Source: Octopus sinensis (lineage: Eukaryota). From it: a DNA stretch of 64,000 nt. Made by a program: the position numbers and the translations under genes. The stretch spans positions 63,054,001-63,118,000 of the forward strand of contig NC_042998.1 of the NCBI RefSeq assembly GCF_006345805.1, given 5' to 3'. Shown here piece after piece: positions 1-10,704 of the stretch; the stretch's first letter is position 1, and every line of letters begins with the position of its first letter. Under the pieces are notes generated by a model. It was not told where the DNA came from and ran no database searches. It saw only the letters and a program-made list of their open reading frames with translations.

Positions 1-167
<167 letters not shown>

Positions 168-382
168 TTTCTCTCCTTTTTTTCTCACCTTTTTTCTCTC
201 CTTTTTTTCTTTCCTTTTTCTCTCCTTGTTTTTTTTCTGTGTATCTTTCTGTCGAAGAGCGTAGGCTCGAAACGTAATATACTTTTTCCATTTCTATTCC
301 TGAGCGCTATACTAATACATTTGTTTGTTTGTGCTCCACCTGCCTTAGTCTTTTATTTATTTTCGTAAACCTTCCCGTTATA
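168..382 (+). mobile_element. PLE pLTR-like non-autonomous repeat with a variant minimal HHR motif (245-282)
   Basis: CTGTCGA-A-GAGC[GTAG]GCTC-GAAA-CGT-A at 249-276. The same family occurs on the - strand at about 10470-10640 and 39480-39640. Flanked by (TA)n. Confidence 0.6.
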
Positions 383-927
383 AATATATATATATATATT
401 TATATATAGAGGGCATTATACATACATGCCAGAAGGCATTATACATACATGCCAAACGCTAAGAGGGACAATCAGTCATTTCTACCAAAAATATTACTAA
501 TCCCACCGAATGCAATTTTTCAAAGTAAGACATTTAAAAATATAGACCTGTATCACAGTGATTTTACATAGGTGAGTTTACTTATATTACATCCGGGTAA
601 ATGGCAAACTTTTACGAATTGCATTTCGGGAGAGGAAAAGCTTTTTCGGAATAAAAAATTTAGCAATTAAGGACAACTACTTAATAAGGAAAACTTAACA
701 AGAAATTGTCAGGTAGATAGCGTAAAAACCTCATAAGAGAAAAAAAAAAATTTCGAAAATAATTATTTCTTATTGAACATATTAATTTATATATAGAGGG
801 CATTATACATACATGCCAGAAGGCATTATACATCATGCCAAACGCTAAGAGGGACAATCAGTCATTTCTACCAAAATATTACTAATCCACCGAATGCAAT
901 TTTTCAAAGTAAGACATTTAAAAATAT

Positions 928-974
928 AGACCTGTATCACAGTGATTTCATACTTACGTAATCATCAGCAGCCT
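928..974 (-). ncRNA. Type I hammerhead ribozyme, family A
   Basis: Reverse complement reads CTG-CTGATGA-TTAC GTAA GTAT-GAAA-TCAC T GTGA-TA-CAGGTCT. One base is missing in the outer 5' strand of stem I. Confidence 0.8.
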
Positions 975-1826
975 GAATGTTTTATAAATAAACAACGACC
1001 CTGCCCCGCTTAAGCCGATCAGCTAACTGATCAACATCAACGAAGCACATGGGTGAGTTTACATATATTACACATCCGGGTAAATGGCCAACTTTTACGA
1101 ATTGCATTTCGGGAGAGGAAAAGTTTTTTCGGAATAAAAAATTTAGCAATTAAGGACAACTACTTAATAAGGAAAACTTAACAAGAAATTGTCAGGTAGA
1201 TAGCATAAAAACCTCATAAGAGAAAAAAAAAATTTCGAAAATAATTATTTCTTATTGAACATATTAATTTATATATAGAGGGCATTATACATACATGCCA
1301 GAAGGCATTATACATACATGCCAAACGCTAAGAGGGACAATCAGTCATTTCTACCAAAAATATTACTAATCCCACCGAATTATACATACATGCCAAACAG
1401 TCTATATTTTCAAATGTCTTACTTTGAAAAATTGCATTCGTGATTAGTAATATTTTTGGTAGAAATGACTGATTGTCCCTCTTAGCGTTTGGCATGTATG
1501 TATAATGCCTTCTGGCATGTATGTATAATGCCCTCTATATATATTTAATATGTTCAATAATAAGATAATTATTTTCGAAATTTTTTCTCTTATGAGGTTT
1601 TTACGCTATCTACCTGACAATTTCTTGTTAAGTTTTCCTTATTAAGTAGTTGTCCTTAATTGCTAAATTTTTATCCGAAAAAACTTTTCCTCTCCCGAAA
1701 TGCAATTCGTAAATTTGCCATTTACCCGGATGTATATATGTAAACTCACCCATGTGCTTCGTTGATGTTGATCAGTTAGCTGATCGGCTTAAGCGGGGCA
1801 GGGTCGTTGTTTATTTATAAACATTC

Positions 1827-1874
1827 AGGCCTGCTGATGATTACGTAAGTATGAAATCACTGTGATACAGGTCT
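1827..1874 (+). ncRNA. Type I hammerhead ribozyme, family A
   Basis: Stem I AGGCCTG/CAGGTCT (7 bp, one G.U). Core CTGATGA 1834-1840. Stem II TAC-GTAA-GTA. GAAA. Palindromic stem III ATCAC-T-GTGAT. AUA triplet, predicted cut after 1867. Confidence 0.9.
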
Positions 1875-2299
1875 TATTTTTAAATGTCTTACTTTGAAAA
1901 ATTGCATTCGGTGGATTAGTAATATTTTTGGTAGAAATGACTGATTGTCCCTCTTAGCGTTTGGCATGTATGTATAATGCCTTCTGGCATGTATGTATAA
2001 TGCCCTCTATATATAAATTAATATGTTCAATAAGAAATATTATTTTCGAAATTTTTTCTCTTATGAGGTTTTTACGCTATCTACCTGACAATTTCTTGTT
2101 AAGTTTTCCTTATTAAGTAGTTGTCCTTAATTGCTAAATTTTTATTCCGAAAAAACTTTTCCTCTCCCGAAATGCAATTCGTAAAAGTTTGCCATTTACC
2201 CGATGTAATATATGTAAACTCACCCATGTGCTTCGTGATGTTGATCAGTTAGCTGATCGGCTTAAGCGGGGCAGGGTCGTTGTTTATTCATAATCATTC

Positions 2300-2347
2300 A
2301 GGCCTGCTGATGATTACGTAAGTATGAAATCACTGTGATACAGGTCT
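2300..2347 (+). ncRNA. Type I hammerhead ribozyme, family A
   Basis: Identical motif; core 2307-2313, predicted cut after 2340. Confidence 0.9.
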
Positions 2348-2772
2348 ATATTTTTAATGTCTTACTTTGAAAAATTGCATTCGGTGGGATTAGTAATATT
2401 TTTGGTAGAAATGACTGATTGTCCTCTTAGCGTTTGGCATGTATGTATAATGCCTTCTGGCATGTATGTATAATGCCCTCTATATATAATTAATATGTTC
2501 AATAAGAAATAATTATTTTCGAAATTTTTTCTCTTATGAGGTTTTTACGCTATCTACCTGACAATTTCTTGTTAAGTTTTCCTTATTAAGTAGTTGTCCT
2601 TAATTGCTAAATTTTTATTCCGAAAAAACTTTTCCTCTCCCGAAATGCAATTCGTAAAAGTTTGCCATTTACCCGGATGTTATATGTAAACTCACCCATG
2701 TGCTTCGTTGATGTTGATCAGTTAGCTGATCGCTTAAGCGGGGCAGGGTCGTTGTTTATTCATAATACATTC

Positions 2773-2820
2773 AGGCCTGCTGATGATTACGTAAGTATGA
2801 AATCACTGTGATACAGGTCT
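2773..2820 (+). ncRNA. Type I hammerhead ribozyme, family A
   Basis: Identical motif; core 2780-2786, predicted cut after 2813. Confidence 0.9.
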
Positions 2821-3159
2821 ATATTTTTAAATGTCTTACTTTGAAAAATTGCATTCGGTGGGATTAGTAATATTTTTGGTAGAAATGACTGATTGTCCCT
2901 CTTAGCGTTTGGCATGTATGTATAATGCCTTCTGGCATGTATGTATAATGCCCTCTATATATAAATTAATATGTTCAATAAGAAATAATTATTTTCGAAA
3001 TTTTTTTTCTCTTATGAGGTTTTTACGCTATCTACCTGACAATTTCTTGTTAAGTTTTCCTTATTAAGTAGTTGTCCTTAATTGCTAAATTTTTATATAT
3101 ATATATATATATATATAAAACTTACTTAGAAGAAGACGACGAGTGCGTTCGATCATATA

Positions 3160-3750
3160 ATAACAATTTAATAAATAAAACATATGCACACTTACATATA
3201 TGTACATACCTACATCTATATGTATATATACATGCGTGTTTCGAAGGTATGGGCAGAACACGACTAAGGTGAAACAATCCTTCCAGCAAAACGAATTAAA
3301 TAAAAAATTTTTGCGGAGGGGTAAAAAAAGGTGACAAGAACAGGACGTAAAAGCAAAACGTATAAAGAAAAACATCTTTATTTGTACTGCTTTTTCTTTA
3401 TTTGTATTGCTTTTACGTCCTGTTCTTGTCACCTTTTTTACTCCTCCGCAAAATTTTTTTATTTAATTCGCTTTTCGGGAAGGACTGCTTCAACTAGTCG
3501 TGTTCTGCCCTTACCTTCGAAACACGCATTGAGTCGAAACAGAGGCAGCTGAAGAAGGGAAATGTTCCTTGTGTTGCTTGTCTTGTACTCTGTTTTTTCG
3601 TTGTTAAAAAAGTCCATTTCCTTGTTTTGTTTTTATGTTTTCGCTTCTCGTGTTTATTTGTGGTGTCCTGTACCCATATATACATGTATATATACATATA
3701 GATGTAGGTATGTACATATATGTATGTATGTATGCATATGATTTATTTAT
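3160..3750. mobile_element. Nested foldback repeat, probably a PLE pLTR-type non-autonomous element
   Basis: Inner inverted arms about 3233-3375 / 3395-3530 (ATGCGTGTTTCGAAGG...CCTTCGAAACACGCAT). Outer arms about 3160-3232 / 3684-3750. Bounded by (TA)n. Confidence 0.6.
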
Positions 3751-3775
3751 TATATTGTTATATATATATTATAAT

Positions 3776-3818
<43 letters not shown>

Positions 3819-4889
3819 TAAATATAAATAACTAATATCGGGCGTTAAAAACTTTTCATGCAGTGTTTGGAACAACCAGTGTCTCCATTTCAACCTGACT
3901 TTGTCGAGTAATTTCCTTCCCTGAATGTATTTCAGATCATTGTCCTTTTATCATGTGTTATCTTCAAATTGAAGCAAGGAACAATATTACGAAATCGGTT
4001 TTGAGATGAAATACTTCAGGATGTTTAGAATATCTCACAACCAATCAAAAACAAGGAGGTCATTTGTTCCCCAAGTATTTCCCAATTATGAATATTTCCT
4101 GCAATTTTAATTGACATGATACAATACTATTGCATCTGAAATGCAATATTAAAACTTATTTGTTAGACCAACAACCTGAAGGCCCAACAACAAAAAAATA
4201 TTTTGCAATTAGTAACTGTGAATGAACAAAGGGTGTTGAAGCTGTGAATCGTAGCAGCATATTTTTATAACTGACTTATTCTTCTTCAGTTAACGGCACT
4301 ACGTCATTTCACAATAGATGAATGCCTAGATGTTGTCAGCTGAACAAGGTCGATAACGAGCCTGTGATATGATTAAGCTGACTTCTTCATATCTGTAGCT
4401 GTCAGACGAGGCGTTAATTGTGAAGTAATTAATACACCATCTTCGTTAAGATATGACGTTAGCGAGAACTATGACATAATACTTTCCACAATTGTCGTCC
4501 ACGGATTACTGTAGACTGTGAATTTACAATAAAATCTGTATATTCTTTACTCTAGAAAAGGAAGAACATATTGGAATATGTAGTCCTATATTTGCATTGA
4601 AAGTGGGTGTTAATGGCGAGAACACATGATTATGTATCTGCATTGTTATCTCTGAAATGGATATAAGCAACAACAATTACAGCAGCAGCAGCAGCAACAA
4701 TAACAACAACAACAAAAACAATACCATTAGTATATTCAAGTAACAAGCATCATTTACCAGAGTTCCAGTTTTAAGTAAAACAACTGCAAATTTCTCCAAA
4801 ATTATAGGACATTATAATTAAACCCTACGAAAAACATGGCAGTTAGCACAACTGCTATAGAAGTTCGTAAGGGGAAATATTAAATCATA

Positions 4890-5150
4890 ATGAACGCCTG
4901 GAGTTTGTTGTTTCGATTCCGATGAGTCACTGGGCCATTTACTCAATTTCATGGTTTAGGTGTTCGAGAGCTCAATGAGGTCCACGAACGGGACACCAGT
5001 CTGTCGTAGGGTTACACACAAACAAAAGGACCGGAGCAGCGTGAAATAAAGTGTTTTGCACAAGAACACAAAACAACACAACACCCAATCCAGGAATCGA
5101 AACCACAACCTTCCAAACACAAATGCAACGCCATAACCATTAAACCACGT
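4890..5150 (-). mobile_element. Degenerate tRNA-derived SINE
   Basis: Reverse strand shows a B-box-like GGTTTCGATTCC; similar to copies at 43872 and 58830. Confidence 0.55.
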
Positions 5151-6039
5151 TCATTTAGACTACACGTGCTAAATATACAATGACGAATATACAATCACCG
5201 CCCAATCTCTTAATATCTACGGTATGAAGATGCAACATGCATTAACAATGTATTGCGGATAAAAGTTCGCCTGAAGCCTACTCACTTATCAGAATGAAAC
5301 TTGTCTTAGTTGCATGACATCTAAGTGATTGTGAGTATACGACCTCTCCTTGATCGGGATGAGAGCCCCTTGCTCGCACAACCATCGGTTAATGCCGATA
5401 CTTATCTAAAGTGCACTGCAAAATGTATAATACAGCCAGTCGTCAATAGGACTGTGTAACACATACCTTGCTTTCGTTAATTGCTTTAGGTGCCCGTGTA
5501 GTCGCGAATAAACATAGACTTATTCTCGCCTCCTCCCCCACTACCACAAAATATGATTCCCCGCAGATCCAGAAACGGAGGCTGTGCTTGATTCATCTAC
5601 AGTTGAGTCACCCAAACTAGTGTGAAATAGAGCCCCTTGCTCAATGATTCAACGCAAAAGAGGACCGCTTGTATAAATGACAGACTTAGAAAAAATTTAA
5701 GCATTGGAATCAATTCGTTTGACGAAATTCTTCAAATGAATTTCCCAGTGTGATTGCAATCTGTTGACTGAGTCAAGTAAAAGATAAAAGATATTTGCGA
5801 ATATGTTTGAACTTAGGGTTACGGTGTCGGATGACAATCGTAAGGTCATGGGCTTGATTCCCTGTTGAGAATATGTCACTTTCTTGAGCAAAGCACTTCA
5901 TTTTCTTCTTAGTCTATTTCAATCGGTTAGAAATAAGGACCCGCAGCATCTGGTGAGGCTAAATGTCCAATGGATTTAGCTCGATTTCAGCTAATAAAAG
6001 GCTGTTATAACACACCGAGTTACCTCGTGGGTCTAAACT

Positions 6040-6200
6040 TGATGATGATGATGATTAGGATGACAATGAGGATTACGACGAGTACGACAACGGCGATGAT
6101 GATAGTGGTGGTGATGATGGTGATGATGATGATGATTATGATGATGATGATGATGATGATGATGACGATGATGATGATGATGATGATGATGATGTTATGA
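6040..6200. repeat. (GAT)n microsatellite
   Basis: Trinucleotide run; explains the poly-Met/Ile/Ser pseudo-ORFs. Confidence 0.95.
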
Positions 6201-7619
6201 TGCAATTCATGTGAAAACTCGACACACAATATGCAATGAAATTTTTTAAAATGGAAAAAAAAATCAAGTGATTTATCATTAGTATTTGAAAAGTGGCCAC
6301 TATCTCTATATAAAAAAGGAAATATAACAAAGAATTTTGAAATCAAGTGTATTGGTTATACCGTTAAAGAGGCTTATATAAAAGCTATTGATTTGTGAAT
6401 TTATATAAAATAAAAAAAGAAAACGAAATGAAATAATTTGATATTAAAACATATGAATAAATATTTCAGAAATATCTATAGAAGAAGAATAATCACAAAA
6501 TAGTTTGAAGTTTGGATATTAATATTTTGACGTTTGATATGTCCATTGGGTCTATGATATCAATATTATCATCGTTGTGTTGACATCGTATCAGTTTCGG
6601 CAGCCAGGTAGTAGAGAAATAATAAACCAGTCTGGATATTTAATGATGACAAAATACACGATCTTTATTTTATTAGTGGAGGTGAAATACGGTGTGTTAT
6701 GATAATGCGTTTACAAAATGGCATCTCCACTTGAGACAGGTGGAGAAATTATGTTCAAACAATATTCAAGAGTGTTCGGAAATTTCTGTTGTTTCGCTCA
6801 ATTATCAGTTCTCAGTTTTGTCGATTTGATCTTAGATGTTCAGAATTAAAGAAATGGTTGTGGTTAATCTTCGGATAATCTCTGAGTCAATACCAATTTC
6901 CTCGCCTATCACGGGTGTTTGGTTTGAAAAAGAGGGAAAAACACTTTGTTAAATGAATCGGTGATAACAGAATAATAGAACATATGAGTCAGGGGATACA
7001 TTACATTCCGAGGCTTGTAGTTATTTTGACAATTGTAAATGGTCGCTGAGGTACGGTTTTGCGGTCAAAGAAGACTGATTGATTGAGCGCCGATTAGTGT
7101 TATCATAGATCTATTCTTCATAAGCAGAACACGGTTGACAATTTTGGTGAATGAATTAGTGATAGACTAGGATAGATGAACAAGTATTATTTTGTATATA
7201 TACGAGAGCAGAGTAAAACAAGAAAATCAGCTTATGTTTTTACAATAACATCTTAAATTACATAATCATTACACGCGTTTTGCAAGCGAATACTAGAATA
7301 TAGTCTGCGTTAATCGTTGCGCAGACGATTGCATAATCACATTGACGCGGCAGGTCTTCAGAAGGAAATAGTAATTTAATCCAACGTTATTCACCAAAAC
7401 ATTACTTAAGGATTGTATCTAATTATAAAACAAAGTCGGAGGTCAAATTATGTTTCATACTTAACTGGAAATCGGTTATACATAAATTTACATCGAGTTC
7501 TAAGCATTGGTTAACCATAATAATGCAATCTCACCTGAAATACAAATGATTCAAAATATAATACATATAATACAAAATATAATACAAAATATAACATGAC
7601 ATGAGGTACTATATATCAG

Positions 7620-8205
7620 GGCGGTGAGCGGTGAGCTGGGAGAATAGTTAGTACGCCGGACAAAATGCTTAGTGGTATTTCGTCCGACTTTGTTCTGAGT
7701 TCAACTTCTACCCATGTCGACTTTGGCTTTCATCTTGTCGTGATCAATGAAATAAGTACCCGTTAAGCACTGGGATCGATATAATCGACTTGCCTCCCCA
7801 CCCGCGAAATTGCTGGCCTTGTGCCAACATTTGAAGCAGGAATGGCTGTGTGGTAAGTAACTTGCTTACCAACATACATGGATTAGGATTCAGTTCCACT
7901 GCGACGCACCTGGGGTAAATGTCTTCAACCATAGCCTCAGGCCGACCATAGCCTTGTGAGTAGATTCGGAAGACGAAAATTGAAAGAAGCCCGTCATATA
8001 TATGTATATGTGTGTATGCTTGTTCGTATGTCTGTGTTTGTCTCCGCAGCATCGCTTGACAACGAATGCTGGTGTGTTGACGCCTCCGTTACCTAGAGGT
8101 TCGGCAAAAGTTACTGATAGAATAAGTACTAGGCTTACAAAGAATAAATACTGGGTGTTCCAGGATGGCCGCTTTGAAATAACTGAAACAAATAAAAGAG
8201 TAAAA
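7620..8205 (+). mobile_element. SINE cluster: abundant tRNA-derived family (7620-7830) plus CORE-like family (7838-8205)
   Basis: Motif GAGTTCAA...GTCGACTTTG(G)CTTTCATC is shared with more than 10 copies in the window. The second family (CTGTGTGGTAAGTA(G/A)CTTGCTTACCAAC...) is shared with 23065 and 29970. Confidence 0.8.
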
Positions 8206-8472
8206 TAATATAAATAATCTATTTTCTAGACATGAAATTTTCTTTATATATAGGACATATCGAAGTGCTTAGTAAGTTTGAGCCATAGAAAAGTAGGAAA
8301 AATAATGATGAGAGACAAAAGATAGGTTATTGGAATATATTCTGTTGTAAACCTATTATGTGCACAAAATCAGAAATATTAATATATAAATACACTTAAA
8401 AATATATTAAAAAAGCTTTAAAAATATAGATATAAATTTGCTAAGAAGACATGTATATAGCTCTACATAAAT

Positions 8473-8544
<72 letters not shown>

Positions 8545-8744
8545 AATAGAAACAGGTTTCAACGAAAAAGCATTACACGTGGTATAATTAGGGGCAAGTA
8601 AAAAGAAACAAAGGAAATACACATTAGGTATACAAGTAATGGCTTTTTTTAAATAAAAAAAAACAAAGACATATACATCCAAATAATGATCTGAGGTGGA
8701 ATTAGAAAATATAGAAATCATCTTTATGAGTCATTATAGAAATT

Positions 8745-8785
8745 CAAAGTCATACCGGTTTCGTCAGAGCTGATCACTGACTTTG
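8745..8785 (-). ncRNA. Degenerate type I HHR at the PLE 3' end
   Basis: CAAAGTCA-GTGATCA-GCTCTGAC-GAAA-CCGG-TA-TGACTTTG: perfect 8-bp stem I, palindromic stem III ACCGGT, GUA triplet. The CUGANGA box has two substitutions. Confidence 0.65.
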
Positions 8786-9311
8786 AGTCAACACTGATTT
8801 CCAAACGCTGTTGGGTCTAACAGTACCTGAGTGAAAAGATTACATGCAAAGGAGGTAAGCAGTTCTGAAAGTGATGCAATTAATGTAGATATGATTGCTC
8901 GAATAGGAATAGTATGTGCGATGTTTGAGGATTAGTGGGATTATTGGTATTAGTAAGGTTAGTAGTTTCCTGTATTAAGTTGTAGGTTCATGTCAAATTG
9001 TGGTTGATATTAATGAAAGTTGCTTTTTTATCTACCCTTTGCTGCACTGAGATGTTTGGTTTAAGGTTCTATGTGCTCACTGACCTGTATATGTCTATAG
9101 TGTGGGAAGCGGATTTGCTTTTTTGTGAAATTTTGTTCTTCGTCTGAGGGACATTCATGTTTGGCCTATATAGTGGTTTTCGCAACCTAAGCAGGTAATA
9201 ACATAGATTAAGAGAAATTTCCCTTTATCTTAAATGCTTCACCTTGTTTGAAGTGAAATTCTGTACTCTGCAAATGGGGGGTGGGGTACAGAATTTCACT
9301 TCAAACAAGGT
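8745..9311 (-). pseudogene. 5'-truncated Penelope-like element: GIY-YIG endonuclease remnant plus 3' UTR
   Basis: 9158-9211 (-) translates LIYVITCLGCENHYIGQT, followed by LRRRTKFHKKQIRFPHYRHIQVSEHIE. A 26-bp inverted duplication marks the 5' end (9241-9266 / 9286-9311). Confidence 0.85.
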
Positions 9312-9954
9312 AAGATAACGACCCGAGTGTTTCACTGGTTTTTAATTTATCGACTCCGAAAGTATGTAAGGCCAAGTCAACCTCGGCGGAATAGTAACAG
9401 CAATAATAATAACATGACTCACACCCATGATCGAGAATGAGTGGATATCACTACGTAATATTCTTTCGTTAATTGTTTCATCTATTCATGAAGCTTTGCA
9501 GTGAAAAAGAGACACTCTATATGAAGATACATAATTTAGCTTTGCGTCTCAATGTCTAATGAAATGATTGCATAGCACTTATGCGTTAAATTGTTAACGA
9601 AAACAACAGTTAATTCCGATTAAGTAATCATATATGTCATGTTCTCATTTCAGTAATCAATATTCAGCCTTGTACATATCTCCACATATCATATTTCATT
9701 ATCCGGTCATCGCTGATTAGTAAATATTTAACCAATTAAACATTTGTCCCTAACTAATTATCATGCACATTTGCTCCGTAAGTATGAAACCAAGTAAAAT
9801 TTATATCATAGAATAACCTTCATTTGGAATAAATACACTATCTGTTGCGGTGATAAGTGCCTGTCTTTCGATGCACTGGATGTTTATGCGGTGAGTAAAT
9901 TTTTGTGAAGCTCTCGGTGTAATATCTTTTATGATATTTAAAAAAATAGCTAAG

Positions 9955-10145
9955 GTGACGATATGACAGAGTTGTTAGCACACCTTGCAAAATGCTCAGC
10001 GGTATTTTGTCTTTTACTTTCTCTGTTACAAAACTGCTGACTTCCATTTTGCCTTTCATTCTTTCGGAGTCGATGAAATAAGTCCCAGTTGAGTACTGGG
10101 GTCAACTTTTCCACCCCTGAAAATTGCTGGGCTTGTAACAAAGTA
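9955..10145 (+). mobile_element. tRNA-derived SINE (abundant family)
   Basis: Matches the 7620 and 25706 copies (GTCGATGAAATAAGT...GAAATTGCTGG). Confidence 0.7.
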
Positions 10146-10434
10146 AAAGAGGATATCTAAAAACAAAAATACCGAATTAGCATACCCGATTTTTGGATTG
10201 TTTTACAGTTTCTTATCTGTTGATTATACAGAATTTGATGTCATTAACTCTAGCATAAATTCTGAGATGTTTCTTTCAATGAAGTTTGTTGATATTATTT
10301 AATAGATAGGTGCCGACATAAGTGTGCTGTGTTAAGAAACTCTTTTGTAGTCACTGCGCGGCATCTTGTTTAAGTGTCTTCTGCTCTATCCTGTGAGCGA
10401 GTTTGATTAGCGGAAATAGGAGACCCACCGTGTG

Positions 10435-10469
<35 letters not shown>

Positions 10470-10474
<5 letters not shown>

Positions 10475-10640
10475 GTGAGCATTTACAAAAAAAACAAAAA
10501 ATGGGTGTTTAAACAACAAACATGTATTAGTTTAACGTTCTAAAAGTGAGAAAGTCTTTTACGTTTTGAGCCTACGCTCTTCAACAGAAAGGAACACAGA
10601 AATAAGAAGCAAGAGAAGATAGAAAACGGTTTAGTGGTTA
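10470..10640 (-). mobile_element. PLE pLTR-like repeat with a dead HHR-like motif (10556-10591)
   Basis: Reverse complement CTTT-CTGTTGA-A-GAGC GTAG GCTC-AAAA-CGT-A-AAAG (G12 mutated). Same family as 168-382. Confidence 0.6.
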
Positions 10641-10666
10641 GCGATCTATCATGCCGAATGCCGGAA

Positions 10667-10704
<38 letters not shown>

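Larger units (their letters stand above)
398..3095. repeat. Tandem array A: about 473-482 bp HHR-containing units (retrozyme-like), with an internal inversion at 1380/1398
   Basis: About 2 units at 398-1380 in one orientation and about 3.6 units at 1398-3095 in the opposite orientation. HHR cleavage sites at 1867, 2340 and 2813 are 473 bp apart. (TA)n on both sides. Confidence 0.95.

Noticed and set aside
398-3095. CRISPR-like or ordinary centromeric satellite interpretation of the arrays
   Set aside because: Eukaryotic context, no unique spacers, units of about 480 bp repeated in full; the embedded HHR and inversion fit a retrozyme better.
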